From assembly GCA_963745235.1 (NCBI GenBank), contig CAVUXE010000052.1:274009-338008 (forward strand): DNA of 64,000 nucleotides. Reading direction: 5' to 3'. Under the pieces are notes generated by a model. That model was not told where the DNA came from. It saw only the letters and a program-made list of their open reading frames with translations, and made no database searches. Shown one piece after another: positions 49,312-60,000 of this stretch (the first letter of the stretch is position 1; every line of letters starts with the position of its first letter). The translations under genes were made by a program, and so were the position numbers. This DNA comes from an uncultured Spirochaetota bacterium (GTDB lineage Bacteria > Spirochaetota > Spirochaetia > SZUA-6 > Fen-1364).

Positions 49312-50565
49312 TTACCTCGCAGGGTACATCGCCTTGCCAGTGGCCAGGTCGCCCGGGTAGACGATGACGGGCTTCAATCCGCCGCCTTCAGTCTGGAACT
49401 GGGCGACCGGCAGGAGCTCCCCCACCTGCGCGCCCGTTGCGGGGTCGATCCTGAAAGCGCCGTCCAGAGTGTTCAGCTGGCCGGAGAAGCTCTCCACCGC
49501 CGCGCGCAGGTCTTCCTGCTTCAGGCTGGCTGAAGTCTCCAGCGCCTTCTGGATGACAAGGCCCGCGTTGTAACCGGCGATATTCAGGAAATTGACATTC
49601 ATGACCTTCTGTGCTGCCTCGAAGGCCTTGACGAAGTCGTTCATCCCCATCCCGTAGTTGACCTTGTTGAACCCGTACAGCGGAGGAGTGGGATACGTGT
49701 AGGTCTGATCCAGGCCGGCATCCCCGACCGCTTTGTCGATGATGGAGAACTGCTGGCCCGGAAAGACGCAGAAGACCATCTTGAAGTGGTATCCGCCGCC
49801 CTGGATACCCTGCAGGAACGCGATGTCGTTGGGCGCGTACCCGAACTCCACGACGGCGTCAGGGTCCTGGGCGGAGATGTTTCTGAGGATCACCCCGTAG
49901 TCCCTGGTGTCGGTTGCGACCGCCTGGTAGGAAATGGGGGTCACCCCGCCCTCCCCGAGCTTGCTCCTCAACGTCTCAGCCTGGGATTGGTCGAAGTCGT
50001 TGGCAGCATAGACGACGGCTATCCTCGCAATCTTCCGCTCCAGCAGGAACCCTGCCAGGCTGGTAGGCCAGATTCCAGAAGATGGCAGGGACGTCAGGAC
50101 CAGGTAGGGATTGTCCGGCGTGAAGAAGCTTGCCCCTGTGCCTGTAGGGTCGAAGAGCAGCATCTTGTTATTTTTGGCGATAGGAACTGCGACCGACGTC
50201 AGCACCGAGCCGAAATCAGACACCAGGATGTTGACATTGTTCTGCGTTATCAACTGATTGTACAGCGTGCTCGCGGTGGCCGTGGTGCTGTTGTCATTGT
50301 ACGCCACAATCTTGATCGGGATCTTTTTTCCATACGCCTTGACCAGCGCCCCGCCGTTCCTGTTGACCTGGTCCGCCCAGAACTGGAGGCCCTGGTACTG
50401 CGGCATGCTGGAGACCGCAAAGGCACCCTGACTGGCGTACAGGGTGCCAACGGTTATCTCGCTGGGATCCGCGGCCGCGGCCGCGGCGCCGTACGCAAAC
50501 AGGAAGACCGCCACGCCGGTGGTCAAGACTCGCAGGAATCGGTGACCCTGAAACATATTGCTCAT
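49312..50565 (-). CDS. Branched-chain-amino-acid-type ABC substrate-binding protein
   Basis: Signal peptide, WADQVNRNGG, YNQLITQ; first gene of the liv-type operon; AAGGA SD. Confidence 0.88.
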   Translation of the reverse strand: MSNMFQGHRFLRVLTTGVAVFLFAYGAAAAAADPSEITVGTLYASQGAFAVSSMPQYQGLQFWADQVNRNGGALVKAYGKKIPIKIVAYNDNSTTATASTLYNQLITQNNVNILVSDFGSVLTSVAVPIAKNNKMLLFDPTGTGASFFTPDNPYLVLTSLPSSGIWPTSLAGFLLERKIARIAVVYAANDFDQSQAETLRSKLGEGGVTPISYQAVATDTRDYGVILRNISAQDPDAVVEFGYAPNDIAFLQGIQGGGYHFKMVFCVFPGQQFSIIDKAVGDAGLDQTYTYPTPPLYGFNKVNYGMGMNDFVKAFEAAQKVMNVNFLNIAGYNAGLVIQKALETSASLKQEDLRAAVESFSGQLNTLDGAFRIDPATGAQVGELLPVAQFQTEGGGLKPVIVYPGDLATGKAMYPAR

Positions 50566-50656
50566 GGCAACCATCCTTTTATGGAAGTTTCTCAAGCCCG
50601 AGAGTAAAAATAGAAAGGGCCGCCCCGCTGGGCAAGAAAAAGTTGCCCGCTGTGCC

Positions 50657-51244
50657 TCAACGCTCCGCCCAGGCAACGATCATTGCACGGGCCAGCGTAT
50701 GGGAAAACAGGTTGAAGCCGAGCATCCCCGGAGTCGCATCTTTGCCCAGCCCGAGTGAGGGGACATCCACGGCATGGACGACTATGTAGTAGTTGTGCCT
50801 GCCGTTGCCGGGAGGAGGAGCCGCCCCGACGTACTGCGCCATGCGCGCGTCGTTGGGAAGCTGGAATGCCGGAGCCGGGATCCCGGTGCCATTCTGATCA
50901 CCCGCACCGCTCGGGAGGCTTGTCACGTCGGGGGGAATGTCCACGACCGCCCAGTGCCAGAATCCGCTCGCCGTGGGGGCATCTGGATCGTACATCGTGA
51001 CAACGAAGCTCCTGGTTCCCGCCGGGAACCCTTTCCAGGAGAGCTGCGGCGAAATATCCTTGCCGCCTGCACCGAAGACCCCGCTCATCTGGTCCATGGG
51101 CATCCGCGCGCCGTTCCTGACATCGGTGCTCGTGACCGTGAAGGATGGCACATGAGGAAGCCTGTCATACGGGTTGTTCGCCTGGGCGGAGGCCGAAACC
51201 GCCAGCCCCAGGACCATGACGCAAAAAAGTAGTATCCGCTTCAT
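50657..51244 (-). CDS. YbhB/YbcL (PEBP / Raf-kinase-inhibitor-like) secreted protein
   Basis: SPQLSW, YDPDAPTASGFWHW, GAAPPPG..HNY. Confidence 0.92.
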   Translation of the reverse strand: MKRILLFCVMVLGLAVSASAQANNPYDRLPHVPSFTVTSTDVRNGARMPMDQMSGVFGAGGKDISPQLSWKGFPAGTRSFVVTMYDPDAPTASGFWHWAVVDIPPDVTSLPSGAGDQNGTGIPAPAFQLPNDARMAQYVGAAPPPGNGRHNYYIVVHAVDVPSLGLGKDATPGMLGFNLFSHTLARAMIVAWAER

Positions 51245-51361
51245 GCCGGAAATATCGCAACCAGCAGGGAAAGGGGCAAGCTCAACCGTCGTGCGCCATG
51301 CCATGGCATGCAGTGAAAGGATAGTCGAAAGCATTGGAATATCCGATCTTTCAATCGACAT

Positions 51362-52759
51362 ATGATCCGAAGAAGCACTCTCCCGATGACAGCGCTTCTC
51401 TTTGCCGGCGCGTGCGCCCTCGCGCAAGCCCAGGATTGGCCGACATTTGGATGGGATGTCAGTCGCAGCAGCGCGCCGGGGAGCGGGATGGGCTTCACGG
51501 CGGACAGAGTCAGCTCGCTCTCTCGCCAACAGGTTGCCCTTGACGGGACCGTGGACGGGTCTGTCATCTATCTGCGGAGGGTCATGGTCGGGGGATCCCC
51601 TCATGACGCCTTTTTCGCCACGACCACGTACGGCAAGACTCTTGCGCTGGATGCTGACAGCGGCGCGGTTCTCTGGGAATACACGCCCCCGAGTTATGAG
51701 GACCTCGAAGGCAGTTATCGAATCACGAACGCAACGCCCGTGGCGGACGATGATCGCAAGTTCATCTACTCCGCCGCCCCCGATGGGGTGATCAGAAAGC
51801 TTGCCGTGGCTGATGGCCGGGTGACCTGGGCCACGGCAATCACGAAGCTTGCCCAGCGCGAAAAGATTGCCTCGCCCCTGTCTTTCTACCGCGGGAGGGT
51901 GATTGCGGCAACCGATGGCTATCTTTGGGACCAGCCGCCCTACCAGGGGCACGTTGCTATTCTGGACGCCGCCACCGGCTCTCTCCTGCACGTCTGGAAC
52001 TCCCTGTCCAGTGACCGTCACGAGCTGCTCGACCCATCCTCTGTTCCGCAGAGCGATTCCGGGATCTGGGGACGGGCCGGCGTCGTCATCGACCCCGTCA
52101 CAGGAGATCTGTACATCGCAACGGGCAACGGCCTGTGGGACGGCGTGGTCAACTGGGGCGATGCAGTCATTGAGCTCGACCCGGATGCGACACACATGCT
52201 GGGAAATTACACTCCCGACAATACCGAGGCGCTCAATGACGAAGACGAAGACCTGGGATCGACCTCACCTGTCCTGCTGGGCAAAGGCCTGATCGCGCAG
52301 GGGGGAAAGGACTGCATCATCCGCGTGCTCCAGTGGCGGAGGATGCTGGGAACCGCGCCCCATCGCGGAGGTGAGGCCAGTGAAGTCCCCACGCCCTCCG
52401 CAAGCCGTCTCTTCACCGCCCCGGCGCTCCTGCGCGCGGGAGACGCAACGTGGTTGTTTGCGGCTGACAACGGGGCCACATCTGCGTGGACGCTTGAGGG
52501 CACAAGGCTTCAGCCCCGGTGGCGCACGGACCACGCGGGCACCAGCCCCGTGGCGGCGGACGGCATGCTTTTTGTGTACGACCCGCACGGAGGGTTGCGC
52601 GTCTATGAAGCCACATCCGGTCGGCTGATGACCGCGCTGCCATGCGGCGAAGGTCACTGGAACAGCCCGATCGTTGCCGATGGCCGCATCGCCCTGCCTG
52701 AGGGAAACGCGAATCAGCATCGAACGACCGGAGTCCTGGACATCTGGCGATCTCCATGA
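51362..52759 (+). CDS. Secreted PQQ-like beta-propeller protein
   Basis: Signal peptide, DWPTFG, LDADSGAVLW, LYIATGNG, DLGSTSP. Confidence 0.8.
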   Translation: MIRRSTLPMTALLFAGACALAQAQDWPTFGWDVSRSSAPGSGMGFTADRVSSLSRQQVALDGTVDGSVIYLRRVMVGGSPHDAFFATTTYGKTLALDADSGAVLWEYTPPSYEDLEGSYRITNATPVADDDRKFIYSAAPDGVIRKLAVADGRVTWATAITKLAQREKIASPLSFYRGRVIAATDGYLWDQPPYQGHVAILDAATGSLLHVWNSLSSDRHELLDPSSVPQSDSGIWGRAGVVIDPVTGDLYIATGNGLWDGVVNWGDAVIELDPDATHMLGNYTPDNTEALNDEDEDLGSTSPVLLGKGLIAQGGKDCIIRVLQWRRMLGTAPHRGGEASEVPTPSASRLFTAPALLRAGDATWLFAADNGATSAWTLEGTRLQPRWRTDHAGTSPVAADGMLFVYDPHGGLRVYEATSGRLMTALPCGEGHWNSPIVADGRIALPEGNANQHRTTGVLDIWRSP

Positions 52760-52812
52760 ACCCCGGGAACATTTTGCACGCCCGGGCGAAAAAAACGGCC
52801 GGGTGATCTCTT

Positions 52813-52836
52813 TCAACAGTTCCGACCTGCCGATAA
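52813..52836 (+). promoter_or_regulatory. Possible sigma28 (FliA) promoter for the MCP gene
   Basis: Perfect GCCGATAA -10 at 52829-52836; the -35 match (TCAAC) is weak. Confidence 0.4.
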
Positions 52837-52954
52837 TCCTGTACTCATTTCATTACCGGGAAATCAGTTAACAAGCTTTCCGCTTGGTGGCATGGTCCTT
52901 GCCACTGAGGAAACGAGAATATACCCTCCCGGGAATGATTGAAAGGAACTTGCA

Positions 52955-55024
52955 GTGCTTCGAAACATGAAAATAGGTGCCCGATTGATAACGGCGGGTG
53001 CGGTGATGGTTGCCGCCCCGCTCCTTCTGGTGGCGTATATTTCCGTGACGACTGCGCGGGACGCGCTCAGGGCCCAGAGCGACGAAAAGCTCATAGGGAA
53101 TGCGAAGGCAGTTGCGCAGCTGATCGACAAGGTCTACCAGGAAGAGACCAAAATAGCGTTTACCCTTGCAAAGACCTCCATAGTCACGGACGCTGCGAAG
53201 GCCATCCAGGCAAAAGGTGCTGGAGCGGCGAAAGAGGTGGCGCTGGTCAACGCGCTCCTGGCTCCTTTCCGCAGCTCAGTGGAGCTGAACCAGGACTACG
53301 AGACGGTGAACCTCATTGGCCTCGACGGCACTGTGGCAGCCTGCTCTGACCCGAGCGCCATCGGCAGGAACCTGGGAACGCGGGACTATGTGAAGATTGC
53401 CCTCGGCGGCAAACCGAACGTCGGCGCCCCGGTCCTGAGCAGCGTCTCGGGGAAAGAAATCACCCACGCCGCGGTTCCCGTCAAAGACGGTGACGCCACC
53501 GTCGCTGCACTGACTCTCAGCTTCAATCTCGACTACCTGAACAGGATCATCACTGCCCGCGGCGCCGGCAAAGGCTACGCATTCATCGTCGACAACGCGG
53601 GGCTGATCATAGCGCACCCGGATGAGAGCCAGGTATTCAAAACGAACCTTCTCAAGGTGCCGGCGCTTGCGCAACTGGGCAGGGACATGGCTGCCGGAAA
53701 GGCCGCGGTTGATCACTACTCTCTTGACGGTGCGGCAATGACGGCCGGCTTTGCCCACACGGAAAGCACGGATTGGGCGGTCGCTTTCACCGTTCCAGAC
53801 AGCGACTACCTCGCCCCCGTTCTGCGGGTGCGCGACTTGATTGTCGGGATCGGCGCCGCAGCCCTGCTGGTCGTGTTCTTCATTTTCCTTCTTTTCTCCC
53901 GGTCCCTGACGGTGCCCCTTTCGAAGGCGGTTTCCTTCGCGGACACAATCGCATCCGGAGACCTCACGGGGCGGCTTGACCTCCCCCGGAGGGACGAGGT
54001 CGGCATCCTGGCGAAGGCCCTGAACAGCATGGCGGAAAAGCTCTTTTCGATGCTGGCCACCATGCGGGAGAGCGCCGAGCAGGTAGCCGCCTCCAGCGAG
54101 CAGATCTCCGGAAACGCGCAGTCCCTCTCCGAGGGGGCGCAGAGCCAGGCCTCGACCCTCGAAGAAACCTCCGCGTCCATGGAGGAGCTGTCCGCCAGCG
54201 TGGAACAGGTCAGCGGCAGCGCTCAAAGCCAGGCGGAAGCGGTGGAGCAGGGCACGGCCTCCATGGAGAAAGTGCAGGAGTCAATCGACGCTGTCTCGCG
54301 GAGCCTGACGGAGATCTCCGGGCTTGCCAGCCGCTCGGTGGAAAGCTCCCAGGAGGGGGCGCAGGCGGTGGGGCAGGTGGTGGACGGGATCAACCTGATT
54401 GCGGCCAGCTCGGAAAAGATAGCCGGGATCGTGGGGGTGATCTCCGAGATCGCCGAGCAGACGAACCTCCTGGCGCTGAACGCCTCCATCGAGGCGGCGC
54501 GCGCCGGAGAGCACGGGCGGGGATTTGCGGTGGTGGCGGAGGAAGTGTCGAAGCTGGCGGACAGGAGCTCCGTCTCCACGAAGGAGATCGAGGCGCTGAT
54601 CAAGGAGAGCGCGCGGAGCGTCGGGGAAGGGGTGAAGAAGGCGCGGGGGTCGCAGCTGGCCATGGAGCAGATACGGGCGGCCTCGCAGCAGGTGAACCAG
54701 ACGGTTGCAGGGCTGACGCAGAGCATGGGGCAGCAGGTGGAGGCGGTGAAGGAGCTGGCGAAGGCGCTGACGCGGGTGAACGAGATGAGCCAGAGCATCA
54801 CGGCGGCCACGGAGGAGCAGGCGACCAACGCGAAGCAGGTGAGCACGGCGGTGGAGAACGTGAACGAGCTGACGCAGGGGGCGGCGTCGGCGGCGGAGGA
54901 GATGTCGGCCTCCACGGAGCAGCTTTCGGGGATGGCGCAGCAACTGCACGGGCTGGTGGCGCAGTTCAAGATCGAGGTCAAGTCAGAGCGCGTTGCCTTT
55001 GCGGCGCCGACAGTGCGGGCGTAG
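52955..55024 (+). CDS. Methyl-accepting chemotaxis protein (Cache-HAMP-MCP)
   Basis: TM-periplasmic-TM layout; RDY and IIAHPD Cache motifs; RDEVGILA; [30 protein letters not shown]. Confidence 0.95.
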   Translation: MLRNMKIGARLITAGAVMVAAPLLLVAYISVTTARDALRAQSDEKLIGNAKAVAQLIDKVYQEETKIAFTLAKTSIVTDAAKAIQAKGAGAAKEVALVNALLAPFRSSVELNQDYETVNLIGLDGTVAACSDPSAIGRNLGTRDYVKIALGGKPNVGAPVLSSVSGKEITHAAVPVKDGDATVAALTLSFNLDYLNRIITARGAGKGYAFIVDNAGLIIAHPDESQVFKTNLLKVPALAQLGRDMAAGKAAVDHYSLDGAAMTAGFAHTESTDWAVAFTVPDSDYLAPVLRVRDLIVGIGAAALLVVFFIFLLFSRSLTVPLSKAVSFADTIASGDLTGRLDLPRRDEVGILAKALNSMAEKLFSMLATMRESAEQVAASSEQISGNAQSLSEGAQSQASTLEETSASMEELSASVEQVSGSAQSQAEAVEQGTASMEKVQESIDAVSRSLTEISGLASRSVESSQEGAQAVGQVVDGINLIAASSEKIAGIVGVISEIAEQTNLLALNASIEAARAGEHGRGFAVVAEEVSKLADRSSVSTKEIEALIKESARSVGEGVKKARGSQLAMEQIRAASQQVNQTVAGLTQSMGQQVEAVKELAKALTRVNEMSQSITAATEEQATNAKQVSTAVENVNELTQGAASAAEEMSASTEQLSGMAQQLHGLVAQFKIEVKSERVAFAAPTVRA

Positions 55025-55098
55025 ACCCCGGCGCATTGTCCGAGACGGCCCGGAAAAAGTACCTTCTACAAGTGCATTTCTGACTTGAGGAGATACTA

Positions 55099-56703
55099 TT
55101 GCGTGATCAGGCAGATACACGCAGGCCGTCGCCTGCGAATACGATAGAGGGAGCAGCGCAGGCCGGGCAATCAGGATATCATTGGCTTGCACCCGTGCTC
55201 GTGGCCCTCATAGGCGCTTTCATGTCCATCCTGGACACGAGCATCGTCAACGTTGCTACTCCGACCATGATGAACGTCTTCAACGCGGATCCGGAATCCA
55301 TCCAGTGGGTATCCACTATCTACATGCTTGCCCTCGGGGTCGTTATTCCGCTCTCCGGCTGGCTGGGAGACCGCATGGGGTTCAAGCGCCTGTACATCCT
55401 GTCCATGGCGACTTTCGTGGCGGGGTCGCTCCTGTGCGCTCTGGCCTGGGACCTCAACTCACTGATCGCGGCCAGGGTCATCCAGGCCGTCGGCGGCGGC
55501 ATGATCATGCCGACCACCATGGCCATGATCTACCGCATGGTGCCGCGGGACAAGATCGGCTCAGGGATGGGCATATTCGGGATCGCGATCCTGGTGGCCC
55601 CGGCAATCGGGCCGACCCTCGGCGGATACCTTGTCGAGTACGTCGACTGGAGGTGGATCTTCACGATCAACCTCCCCATCGGGGTGATCGGGATGCTGCT
55701 GGCCCTCTTCGTGTTGCCTGAGTTCCAAAGCAAGCACCCCGGCAGGTTCGACGCCGGCGGAGCGATCACCTCTGCTACTGCGTTGTTCAGCCTCCTGCTG
55801 GCCCTCACGAAGGGAGCGGACTGGGGATGGGGGGACGAGAGAACGATTCTCCTGTTCTGCGCAAGTCTTTTTTCTTTCATCCTTTTCATCTATATCGAGC
55901 TGACCTCCGACAACCCCCTCCTGGACCTGCGGGTCTTCAAGTACCCGACCTTCACGCTCGCCAACCTCACGATCATTGTCACCATGATCGGGATGTTTTC
56001 CGGCCTCTTCTTCCTCCCGCTGTTCCTTCAGAGCATTCGCGGCATCGGGGCCCTGGAAACGGGGCTCCTGATGATGCCGGGCGCCCTCGTCTCGGGCCTT
56101 ATGATGCCGATCATCGGAAGGCTTTTCGACAGGATCGGGGCACGCCCTCTTGTCCTCGCCGGCCTGGTCTTCCTCGCCATCATCACTTTCCTCTTCCGAA
56201 ACTTGAATCTTTCCACCGCGACCAGCACGATCATGGTCTGGGTGCTGTTCCGCGGCCTGGTCATGCCGCTGGCCAACATGCCGGCGCAGACCGCGGCGAT
56301 GGTCGACATCCCCACGGAGATGATCGGCCGGGCATCGGCCATCACGAACATCATCGGACGGGTGTCAAGCTCGTTCGGAATTGCCGTGCTGACCTCCATG
56401 CTCACCAAGCGGCAAGCCGTGCACGCGGCGCGTCTCTCGTGGGAGGTAACCCCGGCCAACTCGACAGCCATGGGCTTCCTTTCCCACGCGGGGGCGGCCA
56501 TCGGCGGAGGCGCGCACGGAACGCGCATCGCCCTTGCCTACCTCTGGGGCCTTATTGAGAAGGCGTCTTTTGTCAGCGCCATTGATGACGTGTTCATCGT
56601 CACCGCGGCCTTTACACTGACAGCGCTCGTGCCCGCCGTCTTTCTCAAGAGGGCGAAGGCTGCTGCTGCCGTCCAGAGACGCGAAGCAGCGATGGCCGAG
56701 TAG
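55099..56703 (+). CDS. DHA2 (EmrB/QacA) MFS efflux permease
   Basis: FMSILDTSIVNVA, GPTLGG, WRWIFTINLPIG, PLLDLRVF. Confidence 0.93.
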   Translation: MRDQADTRRPSPANTIEGAAQAGQSGYHWLAPVLVALIGAFMSILDTSIVNVATPTMMNVFNADPESIQWVSTIYMLALGVVIPLSGWLGDRMGFKRLYILSMATFVAGSLLCALAWDLNSLIAARVIQAVGGGMIMPTTMAMIYRMVPRDKIGSGMGIFGIAILVAPAIGPTLGGYLVEYVDWRWIFTINLPIGVIGMLLALFVLPEFQSKHPGRFDAGGAITSATALFSLLLALTKGADWGWGDERTILLFCASLFSFILFIYIELTSDNPLLDLRVFKYPTFTLANLTIIVTMIGMFSGLFFLPLFLQSIRGIGALETGLLMMPGALVSGLMMPIIGRLFDRIGARPLVLAGLVFLAIITFLFRNLNLSTATSTIMVWVLFRGLVMPLANMPAQTAAMVDIPTEMIGRASAITNIIGRVSSSFGIAVLTSMLTKRQAVHAARLSWEVTPANSTAMGFLSHAGAAIGGGAHGTRIALAYLWGLIEKASFVSAIDDVFIVTAAFTLTALVPAVFLKRAKAAAAVQRREAAMAE

Positions 56704-57000
56704 CCCTTGCCTGGCGGCGCTCTCGCCGCGGGACGGTAGGCGCAGCGCTCCGGCTCAACCAGCTTTCGGCTTGGCGACAAACTCCGCAAACTCCTCCCGC
56801 CCGAAGGCTGTCCCAGCGATTCCCCAGCGCCGGAAACACGGGCGGCGAAGCAGCAAGCCGCGTGGTATATTCTTCTTCAAATTGGCCGCGGAAAAGCTAT
56901 ACTGTCAGGCGTAAAGGCAGTTTCCCTTGCAATTTCGATTCGCTTCGGGCGGTGAAGGCCCGAGGGGCGTGGTTTCTGTCCGACTCCTGGAGGTTGACGA

Positions 57001-60000
57001 TTGCGACGAAGGTATTGCCGCAAACATATCAACGCTTCTCGCTCGAAACCCCTCCGGCTCACCTTCATACTGCTCCTCTTCGCCGCGGTCTCGGTCCCGC
57101 CGCTCTTTGCGCAGTGGTACAACGCGGCGTGGACCAGCAGGCAGCAGATCACCATCAAAAGCTCCACAGGCACCTATGGCTTAACCACAGATTTGCCGAA
57201 ATTCCCCTACCTGGTCTCGTTAGGCGCCGGGAACGACGTTTTCGCCAAAGCGCAGGCGAGCGGCAACGACATACTGTTCACAGCGTCGGACGGTGTTACC
57301 AAGATTCCTCATGAGATCGAGAATTACAGCAACTCGACGCCGAACCTGACGGCCTGGGTCCAGTTGCCGGTATTCACGCACGGGACTGACACCGTGATCT
57401 ACATGTACTACGGAAACCCGGGCGCGGCCAACCAGCAGCAGCCGACACAGGTCTGGGACTCGTCGTATGGATCCGTCTGGCACCTGAAGGAAACGGGCAC
57501 CGCGGGCACCTACGCGGACAGCACGAGCAACGCGAACGCCGGGTTGGGAGGAACCGTAACCGTCAACAATGCGCCCACGAGGACCGCCGGCACCATGGTC
57601 GCAGGCTACGGTCAGACCTTCAACAAGGCCGACCCGGACTTCATCAGGGTGCCAGGCCAGATGGGGCAGCCATCGAGTGCGACCATAAGCGCCTGGGTGA
57701 ACCTCACCTCGGCGGATACCAACGGATCCGAGGTACTTTCGGTTGGCGACAGCCTCCTCCTTCGTCTGGATGCAACAGGCGGCCTTGCCGGCGTTCGGGG
57801 CAGTTTCTACAACGGGTCGGCTTATCAGCAGTGCAATACAGGCGTATCCGTCGCGGGAACTGGCTTGCGCCTGGTGACATACCGCGTGGACACATCGACG
57901 CAACAGTCCTACGTGTACATCAACGGAGTCCTCGCGGGGACGGCGAGCATCACGGGAAGCCCCACGTACACAAATGGACCGGACACCTATATCGGGAAGC
58001 ACGGGAATGGCCAGGTGGGATACGCGTTCAACGGAACCATGGACGAAGTGCGCTTTTCCTCGGTGTCCCGTTCCAGCGACTGGATCATCACGGACTACCA
58101 GTCCCAGTTGCCCTCTGCCCAGGGTGCGCCCGCCACAGGGACGGTGGACATCACCAGGTTCATCAAGCAAAGGAACTCGCAGCTTCTCTATTTTCAGTAC
58201 AAGGTGCCGGTAACTATCAACGGGAGCCTTGTGGTCGGGACGCAGACAAACTTTCCGGTCCTGGTCCACGTGACGCTTCCGTCCGGCCACGTGGCGAACG
58301 CCAACGGGTACGACACGATGTTCACGGATGCCAACGGCGTACCGCTGGCGGACGAGATCGTGGGGTACAACGCCGGTGATTTCTGGGCATGGGTGAAAGT
58401 TCCGACGCTGGTGAGCGGCGCGGACACGACGGTCTATCTCTACTACGGAAACGCGAACATCACCACGCCGCCGAACGCCTCCGCCGTCTGGGACAGCAAC
58501 TTCGCCATGGTCCAGCATTTGAACACCAGTCCCGCCGCGACGCTGACGGACAGCACTTCGAACGGGAACAACGGAACGAGCAGCGGCGGCATGAACGCGG
58601 CCAGCCTGGTTGCCGGCCAGATATGGAAAGGCATTCATTTCAACGGAAGCCAGTTCATAAGCGTGCCCATCATAAACCCGACCACAGGATTGACCGTGTC
58701 CGCTTGGGTCAACCTTCCCACCCCAAGCAACAACCAGAAGATCTTTTCGAACATGGACGCCGCAAACAAGCTCGGGTACAACCTGGGGGTGGGGAGCGCG
58801 GGAGCCGTGCTGTATCCGGAGGTGTATGACAGCTCGACCGCCCTCACAAACTTTACCTCGGGCGCAATCCCCAGCAACACGTGGACGCACCTCGTTTTCA
58901 CCTGGACCACAGGCGGCCAGCTGGTCGGATACATCAACGGCGTCCAGGTCAACGGCGTCGCCGCCACCGCGAACCCTGTCGGCGCGGAAGCCAACTTTCA
59001 GGGAACCATCGGCACCTCCGCCTGGAACACCGGGGCGTTTCCCGCCACGGGGACTCTGGATGAAGTGCGTGTTTCGAACATCGCCCGCTCGGCCAACTGG
59101 ATAGCCACGGAGTACAACAACCAGAGCAACACGGCCGTCGGGGCCGGCAACTTCATCAAGAGCGTCGGGGCAGAGGCCCCCGCATACCCCACGTGGTGGA
59201 ATCCAGGCTGGAACTACAAGAAGACTCTGACGCTCAACGCGAACATGGTGGGAGCGAGCAGGGTGCCAAAGGACAACAGCGACCTGGCGAACATGCCGGT
59301 GCTGTTGAGCTGGACGGACACGGATCTTGCCGCCGGTGCCCAGTGGGCCGGTTTCGACGTTGCCTTCGTTATCAACGGGCAGAAGCTCAATCACGAAATG
59401 GTGAGCTTCAACCAGGGCACGGGTACGGTGGTCGCCTGGGTGCAGATTCCGGCTATCTCCTCCTCGACGGACACGCCGGTGGACGTGTACTACGGCAACC
59501 CCACTGCGCCGGACCAGGAGAACATTCCCGGCACATGGAGCAACGGCTTCTCCGGCGTATGGCACCTGGAGGAGTCGGGAGGAGGGCCTACCTCCATCTA
59601 CAAAGACAGCTCTTCGGCCGGCAACAACGGCACGAGCGGGACGGTCACGATCACCGGTACGCCGACTGCCGTGGCAGGGAAGATCGCAGGCGGACAATCC
59701 TTCAACGGCACCTCCAACATGGTCACGACATCCTGGTCGGTCAACAATCCGCAGAACTTCACGATCTCCGCGTGGGCTAAGACAACATCCGTGACGGGAC
59801 AAAACAAGCTCATCGGGTTCGAGAGCGGTCAGACCGGAACCGGAAGCGGAAGCTGGGATCGACAGATCTGGATCGGAAGCAACGGGTACGCGTATTTCGG
59901 CTGCTACAACGCCGGTCCTAACGTCGCGGCCTCCACAGCGGCCTACAACGACGGCAACTGGCACTACCTGGTGGGCGTTCGCAACAACGGCAATAACACG

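Noticed and set aside
56704-57000. c-di-GMP riboswitch upstream of the giant adhesin gene
   Set aside because: The GEMM consensus elements (GGCAAACC...GAAA...GACGCAAAG) are absent; only a single hairpin is visible.
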